DNA from: the human T2T-CHM13v2.0 reference genome, Homo sapiens
DNA: 64,000 nt
Strand: one strand, 5' to 3'
Assembly: GCF_009914755.1 (NCBI RefSeq)
Contig: NC_060936.1
In this document: piece by piece, positions 1-15,317 of the stretch
Layout: every line of letters starts with the position of its first letter
How positions within the stretch are numbered: the stretch's first letter is position 1
Notes under the pieces: generated by a model
What the model saw: only the letters and a program-made list of their open reading frames with translations
Told to the model about the DNA's origin: nothing
The model's database searches: none
Made by a program: the position numbers and the translations under genes

Positions 1-65
1 TGCACCACTGCACTCCAGCCTGGGAAACAGAGCAAGACTCCGTCTCAATAAACAAAAACAAAAAG
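1..65 (+). mobile_element. Alu 3' end (cut by window edge)
   Basis: CCACTGCACTCCAGCCTGGG...GACTCCGTCTC plus A tail. Confidence 0.9.
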
Positions 66-499
66 AAGATAAAGCAGTGTTAGCATTTGTTACAAAATTA
101 CATGCAAAAATAAAAATGCCTATCACGAGCCAAGCAATGCAACTCATGGCAGGAGAAATGGCAGATTCCCTCAGAAAACGTACACCTCAAAGAAATAAGA
201 GGCTAGTATAACTAACTCATGAATCACTCAGGATGATCAGGGAAGTACTGCGTTGCAGTTTGATTCTCCATCTCAGTGTATAAAATAATGTTACATCTTG
301 TAATTTATGACATTCTATATTAAATTCAGTACGGTACATATGTCCAATGGATACCCCACATCTAGGAAAATGGAAAAAAAAATAGGGGTGTATCCGTATG
401 TGCCAAAATGAAAAGATCTCCAAGACAAATTTTAAGTGCAAAAAACAATAATACAAACAAAATTGTTCATAGTATCACCACTATTTATATTTTTTAAAA

Positions 500-1900
500 A
501 GGAAGGTACAGATAGAGAGCCCCAAAATATTCTTCATCTATGGAAACATGACATATCAAAACTGGCACTGTAATCAGTGAGGAAAGGATAGACCACTCAA
601 TAAATGGTGATGGGACAACTTGGTCTCCGTGCAGAAAAATAAAAGAAATTGTATATGTTACTTGATAACAAAGTTCACTTTCATATGGATTTCATTTAAA
701 TGAAAAAAAGCAAAACTTTAAAAGAATGTTCTTGGAGTAAGAATTTATTTAACCTGTATGACCTTGGAGTAACAAAAAATTTCTTTAAAATGCATAAAAA
801 GTATAAAACATAAAGAAAACTTTAACTACTTTAAAACTAAGTACTTCTGTTCATCAAAAGATATCAGTAAGAAAGTGACAAAGCAAGACACAGACACAGA
901 AGCTAGCCACAGACTGGGAAACTATTTGCAGTACGTTTATCCAACATAGGATTTGCCATAGACTAGGAAGTTATTTGTGATATATGTATCAAAGGATTTA
1001 TACCTAGAATATACAAAGATGCAAAAAATTAAAAAGACAAAAGACTTGCAAAGGCACTTCACAAGAGGACTTCTGTAGCTGGTAAACCTATGAAAAGGTA
1101 CTCAACATAATTGGTTCTCAGGGAAATTAAACCACAAATAACACAAGACTGTATACATTAGAATGAGGAAAGTTAATAAGACAGTATCAGTATTGGCAAA
1201 GAAATGAAGCAAATACATACACCACTGATGGGAGAGTAAACTGGTATAAGCACTTTGGGAGTTTGGCAGTGAGACAGCCAAGTGGGAAGAAGACCCCAGA
1301 GAAACTCCAACCGGCCTGCACACTGGGAGGAGTGCACACTGGGGAGCCACAGACGGTCACACCATTCACAGTGGGGAGGAGCCTGGCCCCTCCTCTTCCT
1401 GGGTGGTACCTGGGATTCAATCTGCAAGGCAGGAAGCATGCTAGCAGGACCCTGGCTTTGTGGGGAGTCCCTGTTTCCCTTTTTTCCCAATAAGTTCCAT
1501 TATTCTCACCTTTCAAATTGTCTGCGAGCCTAATTTTTCATGGCCTTGGGACAAGGACCCCATCTTTAGCTAAACTAAGGAGAAAGTCCTACAACAGCAG
1601 TATCTACTAAAGTGAAATATACATACACCCTGTGACCCAGCACTTCAACTCCTAGGTAAATACCAAAGAGAAGCAACTACATATGTCTGCCAAAATGTCC
1701 ATCTGCAGTAAAAGAGAATACCATACCAGATGGGAGATGGGGGGACATAAAGAAGGAAGTGCTATAACCTCCAACGTGGTTGACTCTATTGGAGAGGGAA
1801 CGGAGGCAAAGGAGAAAGGTACACAAAGGCTTTCCATTGAACCCATCATGCTCTCATCTTAACCATGTGCTGGGTCCTTAGATTTTCACTTTCACTCTTT
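500..1900 (+). mobile_element. Old L1 (L1M) 3' region fragment
   Basis: A-rich with decayed ORF2/3'UTR motifs (AATAAATGGTGATGGGACAACT, GTAAACTGGTATAAGCACTTTGG). Confidence 0.6.
1270..1596 (+). mobile_element. Solo ERV1 LTR, MER61-like, inserted in old L1
   Basis: TG...CA termini, 4-bp TSD GCAG, resemblance to recalled MER61 consensus. Confidence 0.75.
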
Positions 1901-2022
1901 TCTTTAAATTGTATGTTTATAGGTGTGTAATTTGTTTTAAAATTTTTGAGTAGTGGCAGAAACAGGACAAAGAATCACTGCCAATTTTGTAAAAAGAGAG
2001 ATAATGTACAAACACATGTAAG

Positions 2023-2067
2023 GGTGTGTGTGTGTGTGTGTATATATGTGTGTGTGTGTGTGTGTGT
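2023..2067. repeat. Compound (GT)n(AT)n(GT)n microsatellite
   Basis: Seen directly. Confidence 0.95.
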
Positions 2068-2787
2068 ATTTCTGAAAGGGTATAAGAAAAGCTGGCAATA
2101 GGAATTGCTTGGAAGGAGATGAATTGTAGAACCCTGGATGGAAATGAGAGTGTGAGAGTGAAAAGGAAACTTCCCATCTATTGTATACCTTTGGTTCTAC
2201 TTGAATTTTTTACCAGATAATTTCTCTGCCAAAATGAAAATGAATAGTCCTAAACTTAGAAGCATTGTAATTGAACTTGAGACTTAATTGGCTGTGTGTA
2301 TGTATGTATATGTGTATGTTATATGATATATATACATGTTATAAAATACATAATACAATATATAAAATCTGGTTAAATACATCAAATATAGTTGAGAGCA
2401 AGAAAGCTGATAGCTCAGAAAAGAAAAAAGTAGAGATGAAAGTAGACATAGTAGAATGAGATGGGAAAGAACTTAGTCGCCCCCATTGGGGCTATGTTTC
2501 CATGCTAACCATTCCCACTTCTTCACAGCAGTGACCGCCATCAATATGCACTCATTTAGTGGGTTTATATTATGAAAGTCTGACCCCCTGCCAGACACTG
2601 AGCTCTGTGAAAGCAAGAAGATAGTTTTTGCTCAGCACAGTATCCCTAGACTTAGTGCAGGGACTGACACATAAAAGATGTTGCGGGATGGAGGTTAAGA
2701 GAATACAGGCTCTTATTTCACCGCTTTGGACCTTACTTTCACATCCCTAAAATACTGCATAAGCACCTGCTCACAAGATTGTTATCA

Positions 2788-3139
<352 letters not shown>

Positions 3140-5594
3140 TCACTTCTGATGCCAGACGACAGTGATGAGAACAGATCAAATGCCAATTTCGCCAAGGAGA
3201 CCAGGCCATTCCCGAAAAGTAGCAGTACCTTCTTGGGGTGGAAGTGTAAGATGGGCCTGGGCCTTTTGCTGGGATATAATCACTTTCAATAATTCCTTGG
3301 GTTGTATGATTTTCCAGCTGTTCACTGGAGCATTGTGTGAGGTAGCAGGGAACTGGGATTCCAGTTAGGGAATTGGGATACAATGTGGAAGATGCCTCGC
3401 ATCATGAACTATGCAACAGTTAGAAATGATGGACTTGATGTACACATAGTAGACTGGATAGAAATGGAACACACAGTGCTGGGCGAAAAAGAGAAGAAAC
3501 ACAATGAAATCTGTAGGACAAAGTCTCTTACATAAATTAAAATTACATGTATAAAAAGCGATGAGATTTTTAAAAACACATATAAGCCAGAATAATATTA
3601 ATTTGATTCCTGAGAATTATTTCTAGTGGAGAGAGAGGAAATGAGAGTGGTGAATGAAGATAGAAGGGAATAAAACAAAGACAGGGACCTTATATGCCCC
3701 ATGATGGAAGTACCATGAATCAGGAGCATAATTAATAACCTGGTGTACCTAAACTCCAAAGAGTAAAAAACATCCCCTGTGACAAGTTGAAATGAGCAAG
3801 AACAGCCTCAAGATGATACTCACTGGTAAGAGTGGCCAGATAATAATAAGCTGATTATAACAGGCTAAAATCAAGGCAAATAGACTGTATCTCTAAAAAC
3901 AGACTCGATGTCTTAAGACACTAAAAACGGAGCTGTTAATATAAAATATATTGAGTTATGCAAATAAAACTGAATATTGTTTATAAACAGTGGAATATAT
4001 ATATATGTATATGTATTTCACATAGGACTATGAAAAAGAACACATTAAATGTATAGACAGTACCCAAATTAATGATTTATAAATTGCTGCTGTGCTAACT
4101 AGTCTTTAAATCTTTCAGATTCTTCTGTTCATAGAAACTAATTGTAAAGTAAAGGAAAAAGATGATCAGATGTATAAGCACAAATAGAGGCAGTGAATAA
4201 GGAAAATATTTTTCATGGGAATTGATATGATTACAGGCTGAATTGTATGTTCAATCTTAAGATTTAACAAGGTGATAAAAGGAAAAGAAAGGCATGTCTA
4301 TGAAACGCACATGTCCTTAAGCTCCCTGTGGAGTGAACCAGAAATGAAGGAGTGAATCATTTGAGACAGACAAATCTCATCTCCAGCCTTTCTTCTGCCC
4401 ACTCACAAAATGGCAGCAGGGTTTTAAAATGGGAGTTCTAATGAACATTTCATAATGTAAGATTTCCCAGGAAGTTGCAAATGGGGAAACTGCTTATGAG
4501 AGATGATTAAAATGTTGCTCTACATTATTCAAATTATATTGTGTGCATCCAATGCTGGTATTAACTAAATGCAGACAGCTTCTTTCTAGTTGAGCTCAAC
4601 TCCAGAGATGTACTTACAGACAATCTAAGTGTAGGAGGATAAAGTTTACTGAAAAAGAGGAATTAATTAATTTCTGCATTAGCCAAAGTCAGCTTGTCTT
4701 TGAGTACATTTGAAAAAGTCACATCTGCAGGTAGCCTGCAAATCTGTGGTGGACAGCCTGGGATCTGGTCACAGTCCTGGTTGGGCTAACTCCTGACAGT
4801 TTCCAGGGCTGTCTCTAGCATCACAGATTCGACCCTTTTCAAAGACACTTATTCTCAGCCCTGGTATAGTTCAGTATTGTCTCACTCTACCACCTCCCAA
4901 ATGGAGAGAGTGGGTGGGATGAAATGGGACTGACATATGCCTAAAAAGTGGAAGGCTAAGAGCAACAATCAAATGGAATTTCAGAGCTTGTGGTTGTGCA
5001 TATTTCTGCTATTGACTATGGTCAAGACACCTCTACACTTACCAGAATCCCCGAGGAAATAAAGGTCTGGGTCTGTGTGTCCACATGTGTTTGTACCACT
5101 GTACCTGCATGGAGTTACTCAACAGGACGAGGTTAAAATCAGCAAAACCTGGCTTCCTTGGATGTAGTGTTGTTAAGTATCCAATATTGAACATGACAGT
5201 CATATAATTTTAGTTTCTTGTCTAGTAAAGTGAAAACTTAGAAATCATTCATGTAAATGTTTTTATTTAAATATTATGATCTGAGATTTTCTCTTAATTC
5301 CCAACTGATATGTAATCAGCAGTAGTTTAGAGCCCTCCAGACTGTAGTTTCTCTTTTAGATTTAACAACCCATAAATAAATACTTTAGGAGATACTGATT
5401 AAAATGCTGCTATAATCCTTTTTATAAATATGAGAAATCTTTTGGTAATGTGAATGATTTTACTCTCTAAACTTTTTACAAGAAGTTTATATAACATAAT
5501 ATCCAACAAAGTACATGGATTTAAATATTTGTGTACCATACTGATGCTATACATTCAGGTCAGTGATTATCCTGTATTATGTATTTATGTATTA

Positions 5595-5840
5595 TAGGCT
5601 ATACCTTATCCAAAAAGCTTCAGTCCAAAAAGCTTGGACTATCCCTTATCCACAAAGCTTCTGACCAAAACTGTTTTTGATTTAGGATTTTTTTCAGATT
5701 TTGGATTAATCTGCATTATGCTTACCAATTCAGCATCCCTAATCTGAAAAAATGAAATCTGAAATGCTCCAATGAGCATTTTTAGTCATGTCAGTGCTCA
5801 AAAAGTTTCAGATTTTGGAGTATTCTGAATTTCAGGTTGT
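5595..5840. mobile_element. Tigger4a/MER46-like DNA transposon
   Basis: TATCCCTTATCC, AAATGCTCCAATGAGCATT and GCTCAAAAAGTTTCAGATTTTGGAG motifs. Confidence 0.65.
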
Positions 5841-6074
5841 TGTTTTCTTCAAATTTCCATGCACTGGTAGCCTGGTATTTTTAATTGCCAATCCCTACTC
5901 ACTGGTTATATATGAACAGTTAATTAAACATGTTTCAATAATACACACTTCCATTTATTATCATCATAAATCTATAAGGATTTTAGTAATTGATTTAATT
6001 ATTTATCATGAGGAACTGCACAAAAACATTAGTACAACAAGTATGTATCTATGAAGATTATTAAAAATGAAGGA

Positions 6075-6378
<304 letters not shown>

Positions 6379-7899
6379 AAATGAAGGATCAGTTAATTAT
6401 AAAACATGTAAAGAGACAGAGCTTGGCAAACATAATGAAATATTTTAAGTCCATCCAATAGCAGAGCCACTCCCTAATTATATGGCAGTGACTGAATCTT
6501 ATTTTATGTGAAAAACAATAATATTAGACTGTTATATCAGGGCCTATGGAAGTGAACTCAACACTGCCATTAGGATGAAGTTTAGCTTTCAATTATATAA
6601 ATATTTCCACTTTGGTGCCATTAAAAGTTCAGCTTTCAATGACTTAAAGCACTGAAATTACTGGCAGACATATATTTCATTCCTTAACAAGGTTTGGGAT
6701 GGTGAGTCCTTTAAAAGTGGTTATGAAATCTCTGGAGAGTTTGTTGAATGCAGAGTCTCTGATCCTGGCTCTAGAAATTTCGATTTGGGTCTGGGCTGGG
6801 GCCCAACACCAATGTGTCCATTGTAGAATCCTCAATGTTCTATAAACACAGCAACTACCATACCAGGGAATAGAGACTGGACACAAGTGATCAACTAGGT
6901 GTCTATAAAACCTAATACAGTAGCCTAACATAGATTTATTCATTCAAAGAAATCAAAATATCTCTTGGACATAAGACCCAGTTAATCTAACTATGAAAAG
7001 GACATGAAATAAAAACATATAGAAGTCAGCCAAAAGCAAGACAGGACCAAAAAAAAAAAAAAAAATCACATAACTGACAGAGTTGAGCTTGCAATTATAC
7101 TATGAAGACAATGACAGGATAGGCCCATCATAGAAACATGCAACATAAAAAGATAAGTAAAGCTAGTCATCTCTGATGAAAGAATCCCAGCAAACCTGAA
7201 GCTACTGGCACCAGTCTTCCAGCCAGTACTTCACATATCAAATGTAGCCACCACGAAAACCTAATGAATGATCATTACCAACATGAATTGCGTAACATCT
7301 GTAGGGGGCAGATCTATTTAAATCCATATACATTATTGGATGTTATTTGTATCATGTTCCTTTCTGAATCACAAGTGATGGTTTATTCTGCCTATACCAT
7401 TAATTAGAAAATGATAGTTGATACAAATATACCAACCAAATATAAATAATGTCGGCTCCCCAAATGGTATTCGTTAATAAATAATGTTGACTCCCCAAAT
7501 AGTATTCATTATTTCCTTCAATTCGTACCTCACAACTTAGGAAGTAGATTTTTAAAAATTATTGATTTTGAGGTCCAAAGTGTGATCAAGTACATAAGTT
7601 GATAGAGTGTATAGTGAAAGAGAACCATTCAGCAGGGCTTTTGTACTAAGGTTCTTGAATGTGGGCAGGCATCACAATCACTCACCAGATCTACTCAGAG
7701 TCTCTGGAGCTTGGATTCCATATGTGTATTTTAAATAACACCTCGGTGATTCAAATGCAAAAAGTTAAGAATTCCCTAATAGTGAGAATGATCATGACTA
7801 CAAGATGGACCACAAAACCTGATTTAAGATCTTGTCTAACTCTAGATTACAGGATTTTGGCAGTCTAAAGAATTTACTGAATCATGGAATTAGATACAT

Positions 7900-8265
7900 A
7901 GATGTTCCTCAACTTGTGATGGGGTTACAACTCAATAAACTCATCCTAAGTTGAAAATATCCTTAAGGTGAAAATGCATTTAATATACCTAACCTACCAA
8001 ACATCCATCGTATCTTAGCTTATCCTATCTTAAATGTGCTCAGAACAATTACATTAGCCTATGGTAGGGCAGAATCATCTAAAAGTGTATTATTTTATAA
8101 TAAAGTATTGGTTATCTCACATAATTTATTGAATACTGTACTAAAAGCAAAAAAACAGAATGGTATGTGTACTCAAAGTAAGTTTCTACTAAACTCATAT
8201 TGTTTTCAAACATCATACAGTCAAAAACTCCTAAGTAGGACCATCGTAAGTTGGAGTGCAGCTGT
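7900..8265. mobile_element. MER47-like Tigger DNA transposon
   Basis: Degenerate TIRs (AGATGTTCCTCAACTTGTGATGG / CCATCGTAAGTTGGAG..CAGCTG) and recalled body motifs. Confidence 0.6.
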
Positions 8266-8303
8266 ATTAGAAAACTAGATCAAGAGGAAGAGGAGGGAGA
8301 TGT

Positions 8304-8336
<33 letters not shown>

Positions 8337-8744
8337 ATGAAAACTAGATCAATATATTTCATGAACAGTGAAACAAAAATTCTTAAAATATTAGCAAACT
8401 GAATATAGCAAGATAAAAAAATGGATTATTCACAATGACCAAGTAGGATTTAGCTTAGGAAAATAAGGTTGATTTAACATCCAAAAATAAATTGATATAA
8501 TTCATTCATTAATAATGTAATAAAGTACAAAACCACATAATCATGTCAAGAGATTCAAAAAAAGCAATTGACAAAATCCAACATCCATTCATGACAAAAA
8601 CTCTCAACAAACCAGGAATAGGAGTATCAGATCTTAGACTGAAAAAGTATCTCAGAATAACTGGAAGGTAGTGCTTTGAGATCAGTAACAATGTTTCAAC
8701 CAACTTTAAAAAGTACTCCTTCCTATCATAAAGTTAAAAATAAT

Positions 8745-9012
8745 ATTAAAAGAAAACCAAACACTGCATGTTCTCTTATAAGTGGGAGCTGAACAATGAG
8801 AACACATGGGCACATGCAGGGAGCAGCACATACTAGGGTCTGTCGGAAGGGGCGGGAGGAGGAAGAGCATCAGGAAGAATAGCTAATGGATGCTGGGCTT
8901 AATACCTAGGTGATGGGTTGATTTGTACAGCAAACCACCATGGCTTACATTTACCTATATAACACACCTACCTGCACATGTACCCTGGAACTTAAAAGCT
9001 GAAAAAAAAAAA
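8745..9012 (+). mobile_element. L1PA 3' end
   Basis: GCATGTTCTC.TATAAGTGGGAGCTGAACAATGAGAACACATGG...GCACATGTACCCTGGAACTTAAA plus poly(A). Confidence 0.85.
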
Positions 9013-9916
9013 TTCAATTATCTTAAAATGTCAAAAAACTTATGGAAGTAGATGACTTTTTAAAATTGTTCCTATTCTTTAAAACTTGTCAGAGAGACTG
9101 CAATTCACGAAATTCATTATCTAGATCCTTACACGGCTTTCGAAAGGTATCAAGGATACCAAAGAAAACACTTCGGTATTTATTCCATGGCCCTATATAT
9201 CTCTCTACCTTTTGCATTCATACAGCCTAGTAGAAAACCTGGTAACCCCGCAACACTTAGTAGAGAACAGAATGGCTAGGCTATAGCAAAAGCGCTCTAT
9301 CTCACACTCTCTTATTCTAAATATCTCCATATGTTCCCTATCTCTTTACCTGCCAGCCACATTCAATCTCCTTCCATCAATTATCCCTCAATATCACACT
9401 CTCAAGCCACAGCTGCCTAGCAGATACCAGAGACAGGTGACAGGGTCTTCATATAAACATACTCGTCCGCTCAAAAGGCCTTGGCCCCTCCAGGCATGCC
9501 CAATCCATGCCTTTATTCACAAGGGCACCCAACCAAGAGACTGTGACCCACCAGGAAATCATAAGGTCATGTTATTTAAACCTACCATCCCAGCTCTTCA
9601 ATTTCCTTCCTTAACTCCCACTGTGAACTTTATTTTCACCATTTTTCTATGTGGGAAGGGGAACCTCCATTCTCACTCCATGCCAAGTAATCCCAAGACC
9701 TCATGAAAATGAAAATTAGCAGCTCTCCCTCCCCTAAATTTTAAAACCATTTCTACCTCAGAGAAGTACTGCCACAATGGGAGGCACTGCACTTGTAAAC
9801 TTAGAAAATAATGACTAGTCTTAATTGGGCAAGGCAAACAGCACTGCATTTACTCATTTATGTGCTGTCTATGGCTGCTTTAGTACTAAAATGGCAGAGT
9901 TTAAGAATCCTCTCCG

Positions 9917-10227
9917 GTCAGGTGAAGTGGCTCATGCCTGTAATCCCAGGACTTTGGGAGGCCAAGGTGGGAGGATTGCTAGAGGCCAGGAGTTTGAGAC
10001 CAGCCAGGACAACAGAGTGAGACATCATCTCTACAAAAAATTTAAAAATTAGCTAGGCATGGTAGCACATGCCTGTAGTACTAGCTACTTGGGAAGCTGA
10101 GGCAGGAGGATCACTTGAGCCCAGGAGGTCAAAGCTGCAGTCAGCCGTGATTGCATCACTGCACCCCAGCCTAAGCGACAACGTGGGCAAAAAAAAAAAA
10201 CCAGAGAGAGACCTCAAAAAAAAAAAA
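9917..10227 (+). mobile_element. Alu (J-type)
   Basis: Diverged dimer. Confidence 0.9.
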
Positions 10228-10573
10228 TCATTTCCTACCTAAGGTCACAGAGATATTTTGTATTTCTTAATAAACGTCTTAGTATTTTGTCACATTTAAG
10301 TATATAATCGAATTATAATTGATTTTGGGGTATGGTAAGAGGTAGGGATCTAATTTCTTATTAGAAACTATATGGCCACAAAGCCAAAAAATATTTACTG
10401 ATTGGCGCTTCACAGAAAATGTTTGCTACCTCTAATCTTGACAATCAGAAGGAAGAAGTCATTAATGATGCTACTGGGGGGCTACTGCAAACTATATGCT
10501 AGAAGTTTCAAACAACAATAAACAATAATAACTTGCCCAGCAAAGTACCCCAAAATAAGGAGTCAGTTTGCAC

Positions 10574-10693
10574 CTCAGTTCCAATGAATGTAGGACGAAT
10601 ATACAGACTAGCAGATGTTGAATATGGGACCCATTCTTGATCCAATTTCACAAGCTGTTGAATACACTCTAAGAGCTCTTCTTTGTCAAATAC
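10574..10693 (-). CDS. BCAT1: BCAT1 coding exon 5 (VFDKEELL...[10 protein letters not shown]), 120 nt
   Basis: SLYIRP motif of BCAT. Acceptor ctttcag|, donor GAG|GTGCAA. Confidence 0.97.
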
Positions 10694-12211
10694 CTGAAAG
10701 AATGAAAAACATAATAAATGACAGAATTTTCTCACAATGTGGCAATAATAAATGATCCTCACTGAAGCATTTAAACTGTTAAAAAATTAATAATCCCAAC
10801 ACAAAAAAATAAGAAATGTTTGAGGTGATGGATATCCTAATTATCCTAATTTTTATTCATTTCTTTCTTATTTGTCCTAATCATTACACATTATATGCAT
10901 GCATGAAAACATCAGTGTACCTCATAAATATGTATAATTTATGGTACCAATAAAAAAAATTTTAAAGTAATAATAAAACCAAACAATTTTTTCTGATTTT
11001 CCCCCCAAAAATTGTGATGGGATGACGAGCTATCCACATGTGAAAGATAAGATTAGATCCCTACATCTTACCATACCCCCCAATCAATTCTAATTAGATG
11101 ATATACTTAAATGTGACAAAATACTAAGACTTTATTTAAAAAGTACAAAATATCTCTGTGACCTTAAGGTAGGAAAGGATTCTTAAGTAGGAGATGTAAA
11201 ACACAAATCATGAAGGAAAAAAATGGATAAAATGTGACTATTTGAAACTTAAAGACTTCCGTTCTTCAAAAGATGTAAAGCAACAAACTGGGTGAAGTTA
11301 TTGGTAGCATGATCAACAAAGAATTTTAACTGGTATATATATTTGGATATCCCCAAAGTCAATGAAGAGATAGATAACCCAATAGGAAAATGGGCAAAAG
11401 CAAAGAGCACTTTATTTCTAAAGAAAAAAAAATTACATCTACTAGATGGGTGATACTTCATAAAATAATTTAGTCTCTGCTCACTTGCAAAGTAGAGAAA
11501 CATACTTTCAGAGATGTGATGGGTCACCTAAGGTAGAAATGAGTCAGTCATAAGCATCTGAGTAAAGCTCATGAAGTCAGAATTTGTCTATTTAAATATT
11601 GACCTGTAACAGCAATAATAATGTAGTAATGTTATAGAAATTGGGACTGCCAATCATATAGGTGAACCCTGTAGCACCTGCCTCAGCCCCTGGTATTGCT
11701 GTCTAGAGACAGAATTCAGTGAGAAGAGAACTTGACCAGGAATAAAAACACCTGGATCTAATTTCTTGCCCTGTCCTTTTGCTCTTTGTGACTTCAGACA
11801 AGTCATTTAATCTCTCTGGACTCAAGTTTTCTTCTCTGTACAAAGGCACTAATAAACTGTACAACAAATAATCTTCTTAGCAACGCCTTACTGCTGTGAT
11901 TACACAGATAAGGAATGTGAAACTACATAACACAGTTTGGTAGCAAAATTGATGTCTAACAAATATTACTTCCCTTTCCTTCCAGCCCCATTTTAAAGAC
12001 TTTTCCCCAGTGATCTAGCTGTAATGAGAAGAAGAGCGAAACTATGCCCTAGTCCAAAGAATTTACCTTAATTTCCCCTCTGCTACTATATTATGGCCTC
12101 CAAAGGAGATGGGTGAAATGCGGGTTACAAAAATAGGCAGAGGAATGAAGAACACTTGGATTTAGCCGTCCTCAGGCTTCCTGAATGCATAGGTTGGGCT
12201 AAATCCCTGAA

Positions 12212-12510
12212 GCTGGGCACGGTGGCTCATGCCTGTAATCCCAGAACTTTGGGAGGCTGAGGCAGGCAGATCACTTGAGGCCAGAAGTTCAAGTCCAGCC
12301 TGGCTAACATGGTGAAATCATGTCTCCACTAAAAATAATTTTTAAAAAAATTAAGCTGGGCATGGCTGCGTGCACTTGTAATCCCAGATACTAAGGAGGC
12401 TGAGGCACAAGAATCACTTGAACCCCGGAGGTGGAGGTTGTAGTGAGCCAAGATTGTGCCACTGCACTATAGCTTGGGTGACAGAGTGAGACTCTCTCTC
12501 AAAAAAAAAA
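12212..12510 (+). mobile_element. Alu
   Basis: Dimer plus A tail. Confidence 0.9.
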
Positions 12511-12873
12511 TCTAACCCATCTTACAATGATTTCTGCTCCATAAGAAACATTGTGACAGCCACGATTCAATGGCCATGAGAAACCATTTTGATATCTTTT
12601 TATCTCAAAACATTACTTAAGATAAAATATCAAAATAATTAAGTTACTATATCTTGCTAGCATCTAAAGCAATTAGGCAAAATATCCGCAAAATACCTGT
12701 GCTGCACACCATATTTTCCATTTTCAATATTAATTTCATGTGGTCTTCAAATATTATTTTAGGTTGAGATACATTTTTCTTCCTTACTCTTTCATCTCTC
12801 ACTTGCATATGAATCCCCCACAGACACTGATTTTAAAAAATTGTGGAATTGCCAAATGATATTATTTTCTTGG

Positions 12874-13198
<325 letters not shown>

Positions 13199-13345
13199 TA
13201 ACTAAAGTAGATCAGAAATAATGTTAATGTTCATATGGTTTGTACTGAATATTTATCTAACTATTCAGAAATTATTTATTTGGTGGTCAACACCGTGACC
13301 CGTTACATTAAAAGAAACACAAAAGAAACTCCTACACTTACATAC

Positions 13346-13456
13346 CGGCAGAGTTGCCCTCACAGCAGAGCGATACATTCTATCCATGTTGAGGTTTGGC
13401 TGAAACAGTCGAATTTTATTATCTACTCCTCGAAATGCCTTCAATCCTTCAAATAA
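13346..13456 (-). CDS. BCAT1: BCAT1 coding exon 4 (LFEGLKAF...RATLP), 111 nt
   Basis: FEGLKA and [12 protein letters not shown] motifs. Acceptor ctccag|, donor CCG|GTATGT. Confidence 0.97.
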
Positions 13457-14547
13457 CTGGAGATCAAAGAGAAAAAATCTTAGAGGGTAACCAAAAGAAA
13501 ACAACCCGTGTTCAAGAGACTGACTTTCCTATGGGCGTTCATCTTATTCATCCCATAAAGCTGTTGACATTGACCTCAACTTGAGATCATTAAATCCAGG
13601 AAAGCTAACAGTTGACAGGACTGGTAAAAACAATGGTTGAGGTGGAGGAAAGTTATTTTATTATCAGAATTTGGTAGGAATTCCGAGTTCTCCTCTGCTT
13701 AGCAGGAGCCACACTGCTGAATAACACATTTAGGTGTTATTTAAGGGAGCAGGAAGAAAACATCTAGAATCACACAGCACAGGTTAATTCCCTAGGCAAT
13801 GGAGATCGAAACCAAAGGCCTTGTGGCACCGTGGCCCCCAAAGAGTACCCCCATATCCTTTCATGTAATCTGGTTCATTTGAATGCTGGATAGTAGATAA
13901 TCCAGATGTGACCAGAGCTGGTTCAGTCCCTAAATCACAGAAACCAGGCAGCTCAAGACCATACTATGTTAAGCCACGTCACCTCCCTCAATCAAAGTGC
14001 TGTCCCGAACAAACCACTGATCAGGGATTTGAAAAGACTTCAGTAGATACATACTGATAAATACAGAGAAAGACAAAAATCAATAATTTTAGTGAGAAAA
14101 TTTAACACAGCTTCTCTAAGTAATTTATAGAACAAACAGGCTAAACCTTAGTAAAGATATGCAAGATATGAACAACAGGAAGAACAAACTTCCCTAACTG
14201 ATACAGAGAACTCTTACACAGACCAGCTGTAGAATTCACATATTTTCCAAACACAAGATAAGCCAGAAATCAATACCAAAAGTTTGACTGGACACCATCC
14301 ATATTTTGGAAAATAAATCCACCACTAACTAAACCATAGGTCACAGAAGAAAAATGGAAATTAGAAAATAAGTTAAACTGAACGATAATGAAAAGTAAGG
14401 CCTTTAAAGATGTATACCCTAAAAACTTACATGGGAAAAAAAGAAATACAAATCATGTATAATTAAAAAGCATAAAATTAGATGTTGTATTTAAGTGCAA
14501 ATATATTATTAGTTTATTAAATATAACAGTACTAAAGCTTCGGTTAA

Positions 14548-14945
<398 letters not shown>

Positions 14946-15048
14946 TGCAAATACTTTCTAAAATAAAACTGGCAAGCTTCCATTACTATTTATAAAACAA
15001 AAGAATTTAAGCCAAGAAGCACTACTGAAGATAAAAAAGGCAACTTCA

Positions 15049-15317
15049 AGGCTGGGTGTGATGGCTCACGTCTGTAATCCCAACACGTTGGGAGGCCAAG
15101 GCTGTTGGATCACTTGAGGTCAGGAGTTCGAGACCAGCCTGGACAACATGGTGAAACCCATCTCTACCAAAAATATAAAAATGAGCCAGGCATGGTAGCA
15201 TGTGCCTGTAGTCCCAGCTACTTGGGAGGCTGAGCCAGGAGAATTGCTTAAACCCAGGAGGCGGAGATTGTGGTGAACCAAGATCACGCTGCTGCACTCC
15301 AGCCTGGTGACAGAGTA
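15049..15317 (+). mobile_element. Alu lacking A tail
   Basis: Dimer ending GACAGAGT. Confidence 0.88.

Noticed and set aside
1432-1443. p53 element in the MER61-like LTR
   Set aside because: Only one imperfect half-site (AAGCATGCTA) is visible.
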